Shown here in pieces: positions 41,506 to 54,536 of a DNA stretch of 64,000 bases (position 1 is its first letter; each line of letters opens with the position of its first letter). The position numbers were made by a program, and so were the translations under genes. The DNA comes from Auanema rhodensis (taxonomy: Eukaryota > Animalia > Nematoda), in the NCBI GenBank assembly GCA_964057225.1, contig OZ059894.1, positions 15,810,001-15,874,000 on the forward strand, in the 5' to 3' direction. Below the pieces are notes generated by a model. It did no database searches and had not been told where the DNA came from. It saw only the letters and a program-made list of their open reading frames with translations.

Positions 41506-42134
41506 TTAATCTCGAACATTTGTTAAATTTCCATATTTAGCTTCGAGATCTACACCTATTTTAGGAAATTTATTAATAAAGGTTAAATTAGCAGATGGAC
41601 CAAACGACTCAGCGTGAATTGGCTTAACATTATTTGTTTTTTGTAGAAAAGATGGTGACATTAACTGAGATGGAAGCATTGCTTGTTGAGATAACATTTG
41701 TACATTTGAAGTTTGTGAACTCAGATCCTAAATTAATAAAATAACATTTTAATTTGAAAGATTATACCTGAACAGCCTTGGAGATTGATCGATGCATAAC
41801 TCTTATAGAGCTAGCTGCTTGGGATTCAATCTGAAATAATTATAAATAAAGTTATAAAATTGAAAAAATAAGTGAAAGACAACAAACCTTTGACATTCTA
41901 ACTACAAATATAACAGATAATATTAATACTGTGACCAGTATAATAACAATAAAGAAAAGTAATAGAAAGACAAGATTGAAATGAGAATTAAGCCAACGTT
42001 TTGTTGAATGATTTTCTGAAAAATAATCAAAAATCTGTATAAACGAACAGAAGAAAGAAATAGAATATACCTAAGCTTTGCGTTGACATCTCAATCAAAG
42101 TTCCATTGCTTACAGGAATGCTTGGAGTTATCAT
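41506..42134 (-). CDS. Uncharacterised single-pass membrane protein
   Basis: Four phase-consistent exons give MITPSIPVSNGTLIEMSTQSL-ENHSTKRWLNSHFN[LVFLLLFFIVIILVTVLILSVIFVV]RMSK-IESQAASS...-DLSSQ...TNVRD*. Confidence 0.65.
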
Positions 42135-42446
42135 ATTTGGGCTATTTATTCAATAATTATATATATATATACTATATTTTAGTATATGTATATTTTCAGG
42201 ACAACTATCAGGACTATATACAACTTTCTTTTGAAAGCTGTGAAAGAATAGAAGAAAAATTGCGAATAGCAACTGACCATAGCAACGATACCAAAAACCC
42301 TAAGCTATTAAGGCTTTGACGTTAAGTGAACTTCAATTTTGTTTGTATAATATTCTAATAGTTTCAATATAGTATTATTTGTTTGTATATAATATGAAGA
42401 AAAATAAAGAAAACAATAGCTAACTGCTTAGTAATTATAAAAAAAT

Positions 42447-44418
42447 TTATTTATTCCATTCAGATTTTAAATTATTGAAATAATCAACAGAGGAAGTATT
42501 CTGTATCATTGTTTCACCAAACACATTTAAAATAATTTTATTGTCATGACGTGGGCTTACTCGCTTCTGACATTTTATCCAATTCGGCAGATCTGCAAAT
42601 TAACGAAATATTTAATAATTTTCTTAGGAACGTATTTGCATATATAACATTTGAGATGTTAATAGAGCATTTTTTTGTCTCTTCAGAATTATAATAATGT
42701 TAGTAAAAGTCAAAAACACACGTAGACATGCACACGTACACATACACACATACAACCGTTCAATACAACTTCATTCAGAAAAATAAAAATGACGCTAATG
42801 TTTACGTGAATAAGCTTTGTCGTGATATTTTATATTTAAGTTGCAACTCACGTTTCTTATATGCCGACCATTTAAACATAATTATTAAAGGAATACTGTA
42901 TTCTAACAATATGGAAACCTGGAAAATTATTATTTTTCATTGAAAAGAAGATCGTTTTATATGTTTCAGATTCAATTATATAAAGTTTTCAAAACACAAA
43001 CATGAAATGTACCGTGTTCATGATTATGAAAATACAAATATATCCAGATGAGTTTTCGCATTCAAGCGGAGTGGCTATAAACTTTTCTTCGAATATCATA
43101 TTTCCAATATAATCGTTTAACGTTAAAATAAAATCACAACATGCTACAGGTAATAAAGCATTACGTACAACTCTGAAAGAATAATAATAAAAATTTATTG
43201 AAATATATTAAAATATACTTTAAGTTTTCTGTTAATTGAAACCGTTCAGTAAGTGTCATGGAATAAGAACTTGTCTTTATTAAGTATCGATTTATAAGTA
43301 AAATTCCCACAAGTAACTAAATAAATTTTTGTTTTATATTTTTTGAAATATATGTATATTTACTGTAATTGCGATACTTGTTACAATAAGTAAAGAATAT
43401 TCGTTATGTTTTTCAAATTCCTGCGCATGATGGCCTGTACCATGAAGCTCTCTAAGCTCAACAGCTGAACTTGCAATATATGCAATAGTTAGCTAAAATT
43501 TACTATATTTGTACTTTTAAACATTTTGAAAACAAACACTAAAACCATAAAATATGATTAAAAGTAGCCAAAATCGAGAATGTTCATATCGTGAATGAAA
43601 AACAGTAGCCAAAATTCGTTCTAAATTTAAAGTTTATCGAAACTATTAATAAAATGATATTTTTCACCTATTATGCAAGTTAAAAATGATGGATTAATAA
43701 AACTATATGCAAATACAATAGGATATTCCAAGTAACTATGTAGTATATCATATCCTAACAAATAAAAAATTCGTTGAAAACCTATTAGAAAAGCGCATGA
43801 TGCATAACTGATAATAACTGATCCAAATAAAATACTGAAAAATTAAATAATTAAATTCAAAATTAAGAAAAAAAAAATTTTGTTTGAATTATATTTACCT
43901 GAAGAACGGATGAAAGACCTTTAATACACGCATATGAACACATATTAGAACAGAAAATAGGAAGCCAGAGATGAAAATTAATACAATAAAGTAAAGATTT
44001 ATTGAATTCGCAAGAAAGTTTGGATATATAGCATGCTGAAAAAAAAATAAAATTTGAAATAATTCAATAATTCATTTATATTTTAATGAGAATATTCTTA
44101 TATTCTTCTTGGGAATTTATAAAGCTACATATATTATATTTGGTTAATTATATACATATAGTTAACTATAATTATTCAATATGTTTAATATTTCTATTTT
44201 ACCTCAGAAATTTGTTTTGTGAGCTATTCCCTATGGTATGTACTTCACTTAAATTTTTCAATTTTCAATATATATTTTTTTATTTTCAATAAGAAGGATT
44301 TTCTTTTGAAATGTGAGACTGTTGTTGTAATTATTATTTGAAACAATTACGAATACAATTCATATATCAGAAATACCTGAGCCCAACCACCAGCAGAAAA
44401 ACTAGCAGCAACCATCAT
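42447..44418 (-). CDS. Serpentine chemoreceptor, Sre-like class (Sra superfamily GPCR)
   Basis: Motifs VFHPFF (end of TM1), IIERILATVFHSRYE (TM3), MTLTERFQLTENLK (loop 5-6) and C-terminal NVFGE...DYFNNLKSEW*; about 9 exons. Confidence 0.85.
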
Positions 44419-44808
44419 AAGGATCAGCTATTTCTTTGAAGAAATTCAATAAACGTTATATACAAATAGAAAGAAGTAGTTAGAAAATCAAAATAATACA
44501 GTTTGTATGATAATAGTTATTGATAGAACTCTTTATAAAACTGTAGGCAGCATAAGCATAAGCAAAAGTCTCTCAAAAGTTTTCCCATTTGAATCCAAAT
44601 CATTATGAAAAATTGTTTAAAGAGGAAAAGAAATATAAATTTTTCTAACATTAAACAGCAGAAACGTGTGATTATCTTCAAGATTTTAAAATGTTATCAC
44701 ATCGACAGTCAATGTTTTTATAATAATTAACAATGATGAACAGCTCATATTATTTTCAGTCTTTTTTCAAAAAAAAAAAAAAGAAATATGTATAAATTTG
44801 ATATATAT

Positions 44809-44810
<2 letters not shown>

Positions 44811-44840
<30 letters not shown>
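44811..44840. repeat. (AT)n microsatellite
   Basis: AT run. Confidence 0.9.
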
Positions 44841-44842
<2 letters not shown>

Positions 44843-45595
44843 GAATATTATATGAATTTTACATAAATTTTACATGAATATTATATGTATTTAATAGAAA
44901 AAGTAAAAAAAGAACTGTATACCAGATATGAACTATTGTATTCAAAGAAAGATATTTCAAAATATTATATTAACAAACTATAAATGTTTTTAATTAATTA
45001 ATTTAGTTATTATCAAATTTATATTTTTAATAATTATAATTTAAGAAACTTACTCCATGATGTTCGCTGAGCATGTTTTATAAAAAGCCTGTGAGCGACC
45101 AATGAATCTGAAATAATTCATGGGTAATAGAAGTGCTTAATATAATTGAATATTATTATATTTTATATATTTTAACTAAATAAATGAACAATTGAATTAA
45201 AAAAAAAAAATATATATATATAAAAATATAAAATAACTTGTAATGTTGATTTTACTATGAAAACGATAATATGCATGTCTGAAAGCATAACATTTTGAAC
45301 AAAATCTTTATTATTTGTTGACTTTTTTTTTATTTCAATAAAATAAGAACTTGATCATAGATTAAATAGTTTTTATATTAAATTCTTTTTAAATAAAAAA
45401 AAAATATATTTATGAATAAAGAAGGTTCAAAAAAAAACATTGAAACTTGTTGTCGTAGTATGGATATAAGCTATTTATATGTTTTTCTAAAATCATTGAA
45501 ATTTTTTTCTTTAGAGAGAGAGATAGTTATTGTTTGAGAGAACAATACTGCTAAATTATGTTTTATAATGGTGTTCTTCATCCATACATTCAGTT

Positions 45596-47112
45596 TCAAG
45601 ATAGATTCTGATATATCTCTTTACGAGCTGGATGAAGATGACGTCGTACAGAATGTCCAATGATGCAGCCAACAGAAGCCAATCCAAGTATTACTCCAGA
45701 AAATACAGTAGCTTTGTTCTCAAATGATTCTCGTAGAGTGCGTTTTCGTGTTCTTTCACAGAGATACACTGAATGAAGAAAGTAGATGTGAGTGAAGCAT
45801 ATTGATCATCAACATACCGTTGCTCTTTGTTCCATACGGTTGAAAATCTATTTCCGGACTTATGGCCACAATAACATTACTGAAAGTTGTATAGAACAGT
45901 TTATACAATTATAAGTATAGTTTGAAAATAAAATAGTTAATATAGTAAATGAAAAAAGAACATCAAACAACATACATATGTATGTGTATTCTTGCAATGT
46001 TAAATTGAAAATTTAAAAAACAAATTGTCTTACTCGAAGCCTTCACTATGTAATGTTATATTAACTTGGTCTTTGCACACATATTTTTGATTCAATGGAG
46101 AACTAATGATTACCGAAGAATTATCGGATTCAAAAGATGCTGATTTATCTATAAGATTACATATTTTTCTTTTCTTCTTTTTTTTTGCAGAAAAAAAAAG
46201 TTCCTATTCTTATTACCTTCATATGATTCTGTATAGACCACTCTCCGTAGTTGCCAACGTAATTCTTCAATCTGTTTGATATAAACATTCTTCTGAAATT
46301 CACAAAGTTGTCTCATTTTCAATTAGAAGTTAAGTATACCGTTCCAAAATAGAATTTCAGTCTGCGTTTTCGATTTTCATGTATAATTGTGGCTGTTAGT
46401 AATGGATCAGTTTTAAAATCTTTATAGCATTTGCCATTTATGATTGTTTCATCAGATGTTAGATCAAACTTTAAATATTGTATAATAGATGATGTATAAT
46501 TATTTGAAACCTACTGGAATATAATTATTTGTTTCTTTTATATTTAAATTAAAAACTCCAACTTTCAAAGTTAGGGCCAAGCATATTCTACCCTAAAATT
46601 TTTTTTTTTATTTAAAATTTAAATTAGATCATATTATATATAATAATTTTCATTGAGAATCAATTCAATTCAAGATATCACGTTTTCAAATGCGTAGGCC
46701 GAAAATATAATTTAAAAAATCATTTGAATAGTTAGTAATTAGAAAAAAAAAAAAGGTTTTCATCAATCATTGACTATGAAATATATTTTTATTTAATTAT
46801 TATTATTATTTATTATATAATATATAATATGTTTAAGCATATAAATATAAAATGATCATACCTTATCGTTTGTTAATCCAATTTGATTTGTATCAACATC
46901 CACAAAGGAAGTATAATTAGCAGCAGTTTGTGTTACGAAATAATAGATAAAAACTAAAATAGTTGCATAATAATATATATTAGATTAATAAAATTATTTA
47001 TTTTCATTCTTATAACATTTGTATTTTTCCCTTTTTCCATTAAAATATTTCAAAACATTAAAGATTATTGTAGACTTATCTTTTATAATGTTAAACATGT
47101 ATAGAATAACAT
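45596..47112 (-). CDS. unc-46: LAMP-family sorting factor for the vesicular GABA transporter; first exon uncertain
   Basis: Single LAMP-like lumenal domain (GRICLAL, INGKC, QKYVCKD, DFQPY, YLCERTRKRTL), TM segment VFSGVILGLASVGCIIG and a short tail ending YQNLS (YxxPhi). Confidence 0.8.
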
Positions 47113-48628
47113 TTTGAAAAGTATGTAATAAGCATTTGAGATAGAAAGAGCAGCTTAGTTTGCAACTTAATTGTTCAATGCTTTCTATCTAATCATCATT
47201 ATTACTATTTTAATTTAAGCCGGATAAAACAAAAAAAAGTTTTTTATATAATAATAATTAACATATAGCAAAAGGATATAAGAAAAGAAGAGTCACAATA
47301 GCCGAAACATTGCCTTAGGGTAAAATCATTAATAAATTTTCTTTATTATTCAATTTTGAAAATAATAAAAATATTATTAGTATAAAGAAGGAAGTAAGTA
47401 AGAAACCTGAGCTTGTAAATGTTAGGAAAAACATCGTCTTTTTCAGTTAAAATTGGAAATCGTTGAAATACAAATGGGTAGATGTAGAGAAAATATTTGG
47501 AAGCAGATTGAAGAAGTATGATTGTGGACTCAAATGGTGAAGGTTGAGAGGGAGCAAAGGAAATAGAGAGAGATAAGATGGGAGACAAAAAGAAGAATAA
47601 CTCATTTGAAGAGCCTCATTTTAAGCCCTTTTACGTCTTCAATCCATCTTTTGATGGCCCATATTTGAGAATTTTCATAAGTATACATATAAGTATTGTT
47701 AATTGAACTCTAAAATTTATAAAAAAAAAAGAAAAAAGAGAAAAAGAACATCGAGAGGAATATCCTATTAATCTCAATTTTATATTTCCTCTCATCATTA
47801 CAAATCAAAAAGTTCAAGAATGAACTTTTGCAATACAAAGTACAAGAAGCCGGCAACGAAGAAAAGATGCAATTTGATAAATTTCATTAGCAACTTCAAG
47901 AAATGATCTGGATTTTCATCATTTTCATTATTTTCAACAATTACTAGCCCCTTTTTTCTTTTTTAAAACGGTAATATATGAAATAATATATTAATTTTTC
48001 TTCTATCATATAATAATCTTTCAACAAGACATAGTTTTCTTACTATTTTCTTCTTCTTTTTCAATTTACACAAGTTTTGTATGAATTTAACTTTCTTTTT
48101 TTCCTTCGAAACAAATGCTTGTCTAAGTATTTTTCTAAAAAAACAAATAAATAGTTTTTAAGTAAAATGATTGGTAATTTCTTCAAAATACATTTCTAAA
48201 AACAGATGATAGTTTCACAATTTCAATGAAATCAATATCTTATTCATTTTCTCTTTTAGTAATCAATTCACAACACTGAGGATCAATCAATCAAGCAATT
48301 AGAGATACATCCATCAATTTCGATACTAATATTCAGCAACTGAATTGAACTTGAAACTACTTGGATTTTGCTCTCATACTCACATCATCATTTTCTTTTT
48401 AAACGTAACAACCTTATTAGGAAACAAAGGTTTCTTAGTATTTCTCTTTTACATCAATTTATCTGCTAACTATACTCTCTCACTTTCCCTCTCTCTCTAT
48501 TTCTCAGTCTCCTATTCCACTTTGCTATGCTAACTATCTTCTCAACTCTTCCTAACTCATTCTCCATTTGTCTTCTGGCCTTAATGTGATTCTAACTCAT
48601 TCCATCTCCTCTAACACAGATGTGAAAC

Positions 48629-48861
48629 ATGTCCAAAAAATCTTTTCAACTCCGAACATCCATATTACGCAAAATCGCTCTAATCAACGGTCATACTTAT
48701 TCCTTTTAAATCTCATCTATAAGATTTTAGAAAACATAATAGATATGCTCATTCAAACCATTTGTATTCCAAAAATTATAATGATATTCCAAATCTGTGG
48801 ATCAAAAAGATTTATATGTCATTGGACAGATGTTGCTATCCCAGTTATGGTTGGTGGATGA
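48629..48861 (+). CDS. Putative 63-aa microprotein, two exons (48629-48689, 48731-48861)
   Basis: A CT-rich upstream tract, a CAG acceptor at 48617-48619, aaacATG, a 41-nt GT..TTTTAG intron in the correct phase and AATAAA near 48957. Product: MSKKSFQLRTSILRKIALINENIIDMLIQTICIPKIIMIFQICGSKRFICHWTDVAIPVMVGG. Confidence 0.45.
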
Positions 48862-49044
48862 AACACTGCCTGCTGTTGTGTTTCATATAGTATCATCTAT
48901 TGTCTTCAACAACTGTTACTTTTTTCTTTTTTTTGCTTCCCATATATTGCCTTTCCAATAAAAAAAATAAAAAGTTCTTGTATACAGCTTTATAAGCTAA
49001 TCATTTCGTGTAAAACATACATATAATATAAATCTCAATATAAG

Positions 49045-49790
49045 TTATTCCAAGCTAGAAAATAGGGTAGCGTTTCTTTCGCAAATGTAATAGAACTCGT
49101 CTCTACAATCATAGAAGTGAGTGAATTGGTCCTCGAGCTTGGCCGCGTTTGTATGAGCAAAGCACTTGGTTTCGCAAGCAGACATGCGGTCACTAGCGTT
49201 GAGCTTGTGGTTCCTATAACGAATGGCATCAAAACAAATTCTTTTTCTTTTCTTACAAAAGCCCGAAGTCCATTCCACCCTTGGTCTGCCATTGCAAGCA
49301 GGAAGATCCAGTAAGTCCGAACCAGGTTTCCTTATCTTGAGGAGCGAGAACACGGATGGTCTCGAACTCTTCGACAGAGTCTGGTACAAACATGGCAGTT
49401 TCTAAGTCGTTACAGGCACGCTCAGCCTTATCCATTGAAACTTGATCAGAACTGACCAGGTAACAGGATTCGCGGTAGCTCACCCATCCATCTGGACACA
49501 ATTTGGCCTTAAACAGTAAATTTCCTAAGGAACAGTGAAAGAGTAGCATACATTGGGCGTGGCAGCAATTGTTTCGATAACCTCCACAACCTCTGGTTTC
49601 TTTGGAACATGACGGTAGTCCCAGTTAATAAATCCATCTGAAAGAATTGTATAATAACTGAAAAATAATTTTAAAACTTACTTGTATCACATGGAACCTC
49701 TCCAGAACCGTCAACTTCTCCGCCAGTAGCTGGGGCACTATAGACCATAACGGCCAAGATAGAAACACAAACAAATGCTCGAGTAGCCAT
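49045..49790 (-). CDS. Secreted C-type lectin (resembles the clec-87/88/91 group)
   Basis: Signal peptide MATRAFVCVSILAVMVYS, a DGSGE glycosaminoglycan-attachment-like motif, and a CTL domain (CPDGWVSYRESCY, AERAC, TWFGL, FYDC, FYYICE). Confidence 0.88.
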
Positions 49791-51226
49791 TAGTACTTGT
49801 GAAGTTAATTAAACTTGGTTAGATTGAATAATGTGTTGTTGAAACCACAACTGATTTATCTGTAGATTTCCTTAACCTTATATACTCCCTCTCCCGCCAA
49901 TATTGTGATCTTCCAAGTTATATTTTGTACCTCATTTGATCTTTTATTACTTTATAGTTTATTTCTGTATTTATTAATTATTTGTTTTTTTTTTTGTTTT
50001 GAAATTATTTTGATATAAATAATAAATTCTACTATTTAAATTTTATTTCGAATAATTATATTTAAAGAATAGTTCCGCTTATGAAATGAAAATATATGTT
50101 TATAAAAAGGAACAATAAAGTTTCGAAATTCTAAATATAAAAAACAATTTTAAAGATTTAACTCTCATTCTTTTCTTTTATTTTTAAAAAATTAAAAGTA
50201 TTAATCGAATTAATACTTCAAATAATATTCTTTAAAATGATGATGATGACATTTGAAGAAAATACCAATGATATATAAGTTAATTAGCTCATCTCATTGT
50301 TTCGAATTGTGATTGTCCTTGAAATTTGCGTCCCACATAATAGAGAGTATCTTTACCTCTTCTTTTCTGAAAATTTGTAGACTCCAATCAACCAATATTT
50401 CTGTCCTTTATATACATATATGTATATTCTATTATAATAATATATTGATATTTAGAATCGCTAACTAGATTCTATTAAACTCTAAGACTATTTGTATGTT
50501 GCATACAGTTAAAATTGGAAAATTGAATGAACTAACTAGGATTCAACCACACGACTGACAGTAATTTTAACTGCACCAGTGGAATATCACAAATAATTTC
50601 CAAAACATTCAAATTTCAATTGCATATGACTATTGAGAATTGAATATTCTATCCCATACCATGTCTGTTTTCCACGAAATCTGACACTTTTCGTTATATC
50701 TTCTGTTTTCATCAGTTTTATTTCCTCAGATCCCATAAATATTTTTATTTTGTTTAAAGACTGAACCTTCTTATATTATTTTATTTGTATCTGAATAGTT
50801 GGCATTGACAAGGATATTCATCAGATTCTTTAAAGTCGGTCTACTGGAAAATATTGGATTTGATGATCGGGAGGTAATCCATTCAAAAATCCTCCTACTG
50901 CTCCTATTTCTGATAAATTTTATATTTATTATACTATATTGAAAGTTATATCAAAATAGAATCATTTATTTTCTCAGTTCTTTCATTTTATTTTGAAGTT
51001 TCTTGATTCAAGTAACCTTTTCTTCGACCTTGGCGGTTGATGTTTCATCTTCTTGCAACAGATAATCGTATTCACATGGAAATTTTCGCTTTTCTCTACT
51101 TATCTTTAAGTTTCAGCTTCCCACTTCAACTTGCTACGCATTTAACTATTGGATATGATAAACTAAAAAGGGTTTTCTTTAATTCTCAAGTATACTTCAT
51201 GTTCTATATCATTTTAGATTCATAAA

Positions 51227-52092
51227 ATGACTCTTCAAGCTATTGAATTACTTGCCATCAGCTTAGCTGTTGCTATTTTCTTTGCTCTACTTCTAATAAT
51301 TGTTAATTGTGCTTCATCTTGTTATCAAAACTGTAAAAGTTCTAGGTATTTATTTAGTTTTACTATGTTTCATGTCAAAATTTTCTTTAGAAGAAAATCA
51401 GATGTTGAAAAATTACCTGAAGACTACGTCAATGAAATTCATCGTCTTTTAGACAGACACAAGAGGGTAAATGCTATTTTCAGTTTATAAGAATACTTTT
51501 AATTTTAATTTTTCAAATATTTTAACTATTTTCATTATATTTTAGGTTATGAATAATGATTATGATACTGATGACGGATACAGAAGGTTATGCGAGGTAA
51601 AAATCATTTTACATTTCAAGTGAACAAGTCATCTCATTTTTATTTTATTTGTGATGTTATGTGGTTGCATCGAATTTCGTTTCTATTCAGGTTCAGCCTA
51701 TGTCACCTGTGACAGAATCAATGGTTGGTACTCCAGTAAAGATACGATCTAGAAGTAATTCATGCAAACTTCAAAAACTAAGAGTAAAGAAACTTAGCGT
51801 TATGACATGAATTCAAATGATTCTCGTTTTAGGATGAACTTGAGGAATATCGTATTGATAATCATATGGATATAGAATATATAACAAGAGATGAATGTGA
51901 AGAAAAACGCAGAACATGGGGCGGTTTGAATGACTCTGTTTTCGATCCAATAGAGCTTCCTAATAGTATAGATGCCCAAGTTCAAACAACGTAAGCTTTC
52001 TCATATTTGCATTTGCAAAATATTTAATTTTCAGAGGAACGTTGCAGCGTATGAACTCTCCAGCTGTTATGAAAATTGAAACAACTGTTTAA
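51227..52092 (+). CDS. Uncharacterised protein with an N-terminal membrane anchor
   Basis: Six exons give MTLQAIELLAISLAVAIFFALLLIIVNC...LPEDYVNEIHRLLDRHKR...VQPMSPVTES...KRRTWGG...AVMKIETTV*. A possible in-frame upstream exon lies at 50799-50873. Confidence 0.72.
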
Positions 52093-52296
52093 TATAAAGT
52101 TTTGCCAACAAATTTGTTGTCACTTTACTTTAGCTCAAATGGAAACGTGGTTCGTATTGGCATATTTATATTCTATTGTTTTCCCCTTTTCTTTGATCTC
52201 ATATAACATTTTAACTGAATTTCAAATCAATTTCCATTGTGATATTAAACAATTTATTATTATTTATTGAGATTTTATGATATTTCTTATTTCTGC

Positions 52297-54306
52297 CTAT
52301 GCATCTTCATGCAAGGCTAAAGCAAAACCTATTTCACCCTTCATGCTATGAATCGTACAGTAAGCTCTGAAATTACAGTAAAAAATGATTTCTTTGAAAA
52401 TATATTGTGAAAAATACCTCATGAATGGATCACCAAGAATAAAGGAAGGTCCAAATCCTCCTCCATTCATACCAAACATGCCAAGATAGCATTGTCCATT
52501 CAATTTAACCTTAAACGTACTTGATCAAGTTTCAAAAATACTGAAGGTTACCATATAATGCTTGTATGTAAGTACATACATATGATAGCCAATATTGAAT
52601 ATAATATCTTGTGGTTTCGAGTCACATGGTAAGATATACTGTAACATTTTGACAATTATACTGTAAATTCTCACAATATTTCATTCTTACTTGTCCTGTG
52701 GACTGCTCATAGGTAGCATTCAATTGAGAGCCAATTTCTGTATAGATCTCCTAAATATTTCATTATATTAATCTAGTGTTCTTCTAAAAATTATTTTACA
52801 TTTGGTACACCAATGAAAGAACTTCCAGTATCAGAAATAGCCTGATATGATTGAGTTTTGTTGAATTTTCCAACAGAAATTCTGAAAATACGCGTTTCAT
52901 TAATCATCTCACTATAAATGCTAACCCATGAAATGGGAATTGCCAGAAAGTACGTGAAGTAAGAGAAACAAAGTTAATATCTTCAGAACAATGATTATAA
53001 TCATAATCTCCATAGGTGATAACTCCAGATGTTGCATTTCTTGCGCTTCCTCCAGCTCTCAAAAGAATATTTTATATACTAACATCTGATTGAGATTGAA
53101 TACTCATCGAGCCAAACTGTGAAAAGTGGCTTATCAAGCATGCTTCTTGCGTTAAAAATGAAAGGAACTACTTTAGTAATAGCAAGAGAAGGCCATCCCA
53201 GACCAAAGATACCTATGATATTAAATAATAATTTTAAATGTTCATAATTTTCAATACCATCTATAGACAGTCCAGCAAAGAAAGAAGCAATTTGAGTTGC
53301 TTGCCCAAATGCTTGGAAATTGCAGAGAGTAGAATTACCCAACTGAATAGCGTAAATACAAATCTTATTATTCCAAATATGCTTACACAAATCATATCAC
53401 TTCCCAAAAAAACTTGAACATTATTACCTTCATATGGGATTTTGAAGGTTCTGCCATCAGCTCTATAGCTATAAGAAGCAGAGCTGTTGAACCTATTCTT
53501 AGTCTCTTAAAAAGGAAAAATGTATTCATTTTAATATTATAAACATATTCAAATATACATATTTTTTTTGGAGATTTTTTCATTTCATCAAAATTGTTAT
53601 TAATTTTATCAAAAAGTAATTGATAGGTACCAAAGTCCAGAGGTTAATTCCATTCTTTGGTCATAGATAAAATGATTAATTTTTTGAAACTCGGAAGCAA
53701 TTTAAGATTAAAGAAATCATTTTTTCATTATTTGATAAAGAAAAATAATTATAAATGTATACCACATGAATCTTGATTGAGATTGGTTAACTGGGATTGT
53801 GGACAACATTTTGGACTGCAGTAGCTTGGACAGGCTTTTACAGACAGTCCTTTACAATAATCAGGACATCCAGACACTCCTGACAATCAGTATTCTTAGA
53901 TATTGAAAGAAAAAATTGAAACCTCCGCATGTTTGATCCGGCACCCAGAAATCAGATGATCCTGTATCTAAGATAACCCAGAACTCTTGAGGAGGGTTTC
54001 CAATGAAGATATTACCAACGTATTCAGTCTATAAAACTACGTCTTTAACGATAAAACATACATAATAATAAACATCGAAGTAATCATAGATCAAATCATG
54101 TGCATTTTTCAAATTGGCTGTTCTTCCACGGTTAAGAACGTCTTGGAAATTCCCCTGAAAAGGACAGTAATATTTAAGAAGAAACAAAAATAATTAACCT
54201 CTTTGAGGAGTTGAACTCTTCTTGATTCAATTTTTTTTAAAGGAACATTAAAAACAGCTGCTTGAATTACTGTTAAGGACAGCAAAGTTGCAACCAAGGC
54301 ATTCAT
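52297..54306 (-). CDS. Pepsin-family (A1) aspartic protease, nematode-specific Cys-insert type
   Basis: Signal/pro-peptide [82 protein letters not shown] and FILGDPFMR. Both catalytic DTG motifs are intact. Confidence 0.92.
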
Positions 54307-54536
54307 CGTGCAGACCATTAACATATTATTCTTATCATGTAACAACTGAACTAATCTGATTGCAGAGGCATAATCAGAACATTAAATTAATCAGCCTTCT
54401 TAAGTACATAGAATAACCATTTATGCAAAAAATTTATTTGTTAGATTTATATATCACATTTATAAGAATTATCTTACAAAAACAACAATCAATTCAATAA
54501 CAACAAACAAACAAATCAACAAAAATAATATAACTT

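Noticed and set aside
42273-42286. X-box-like GTTGCTATGGTCAG upstream of the 42134 gene
   Set aside because: Only one half-site fits the consensus.
53628-53730. Two hairpins separated by AGATAA in an enlarged protease intron
   Set aside because: The H-box-like motif is antisense to the host, there is no ACA tail and the stems are mostly A-T.
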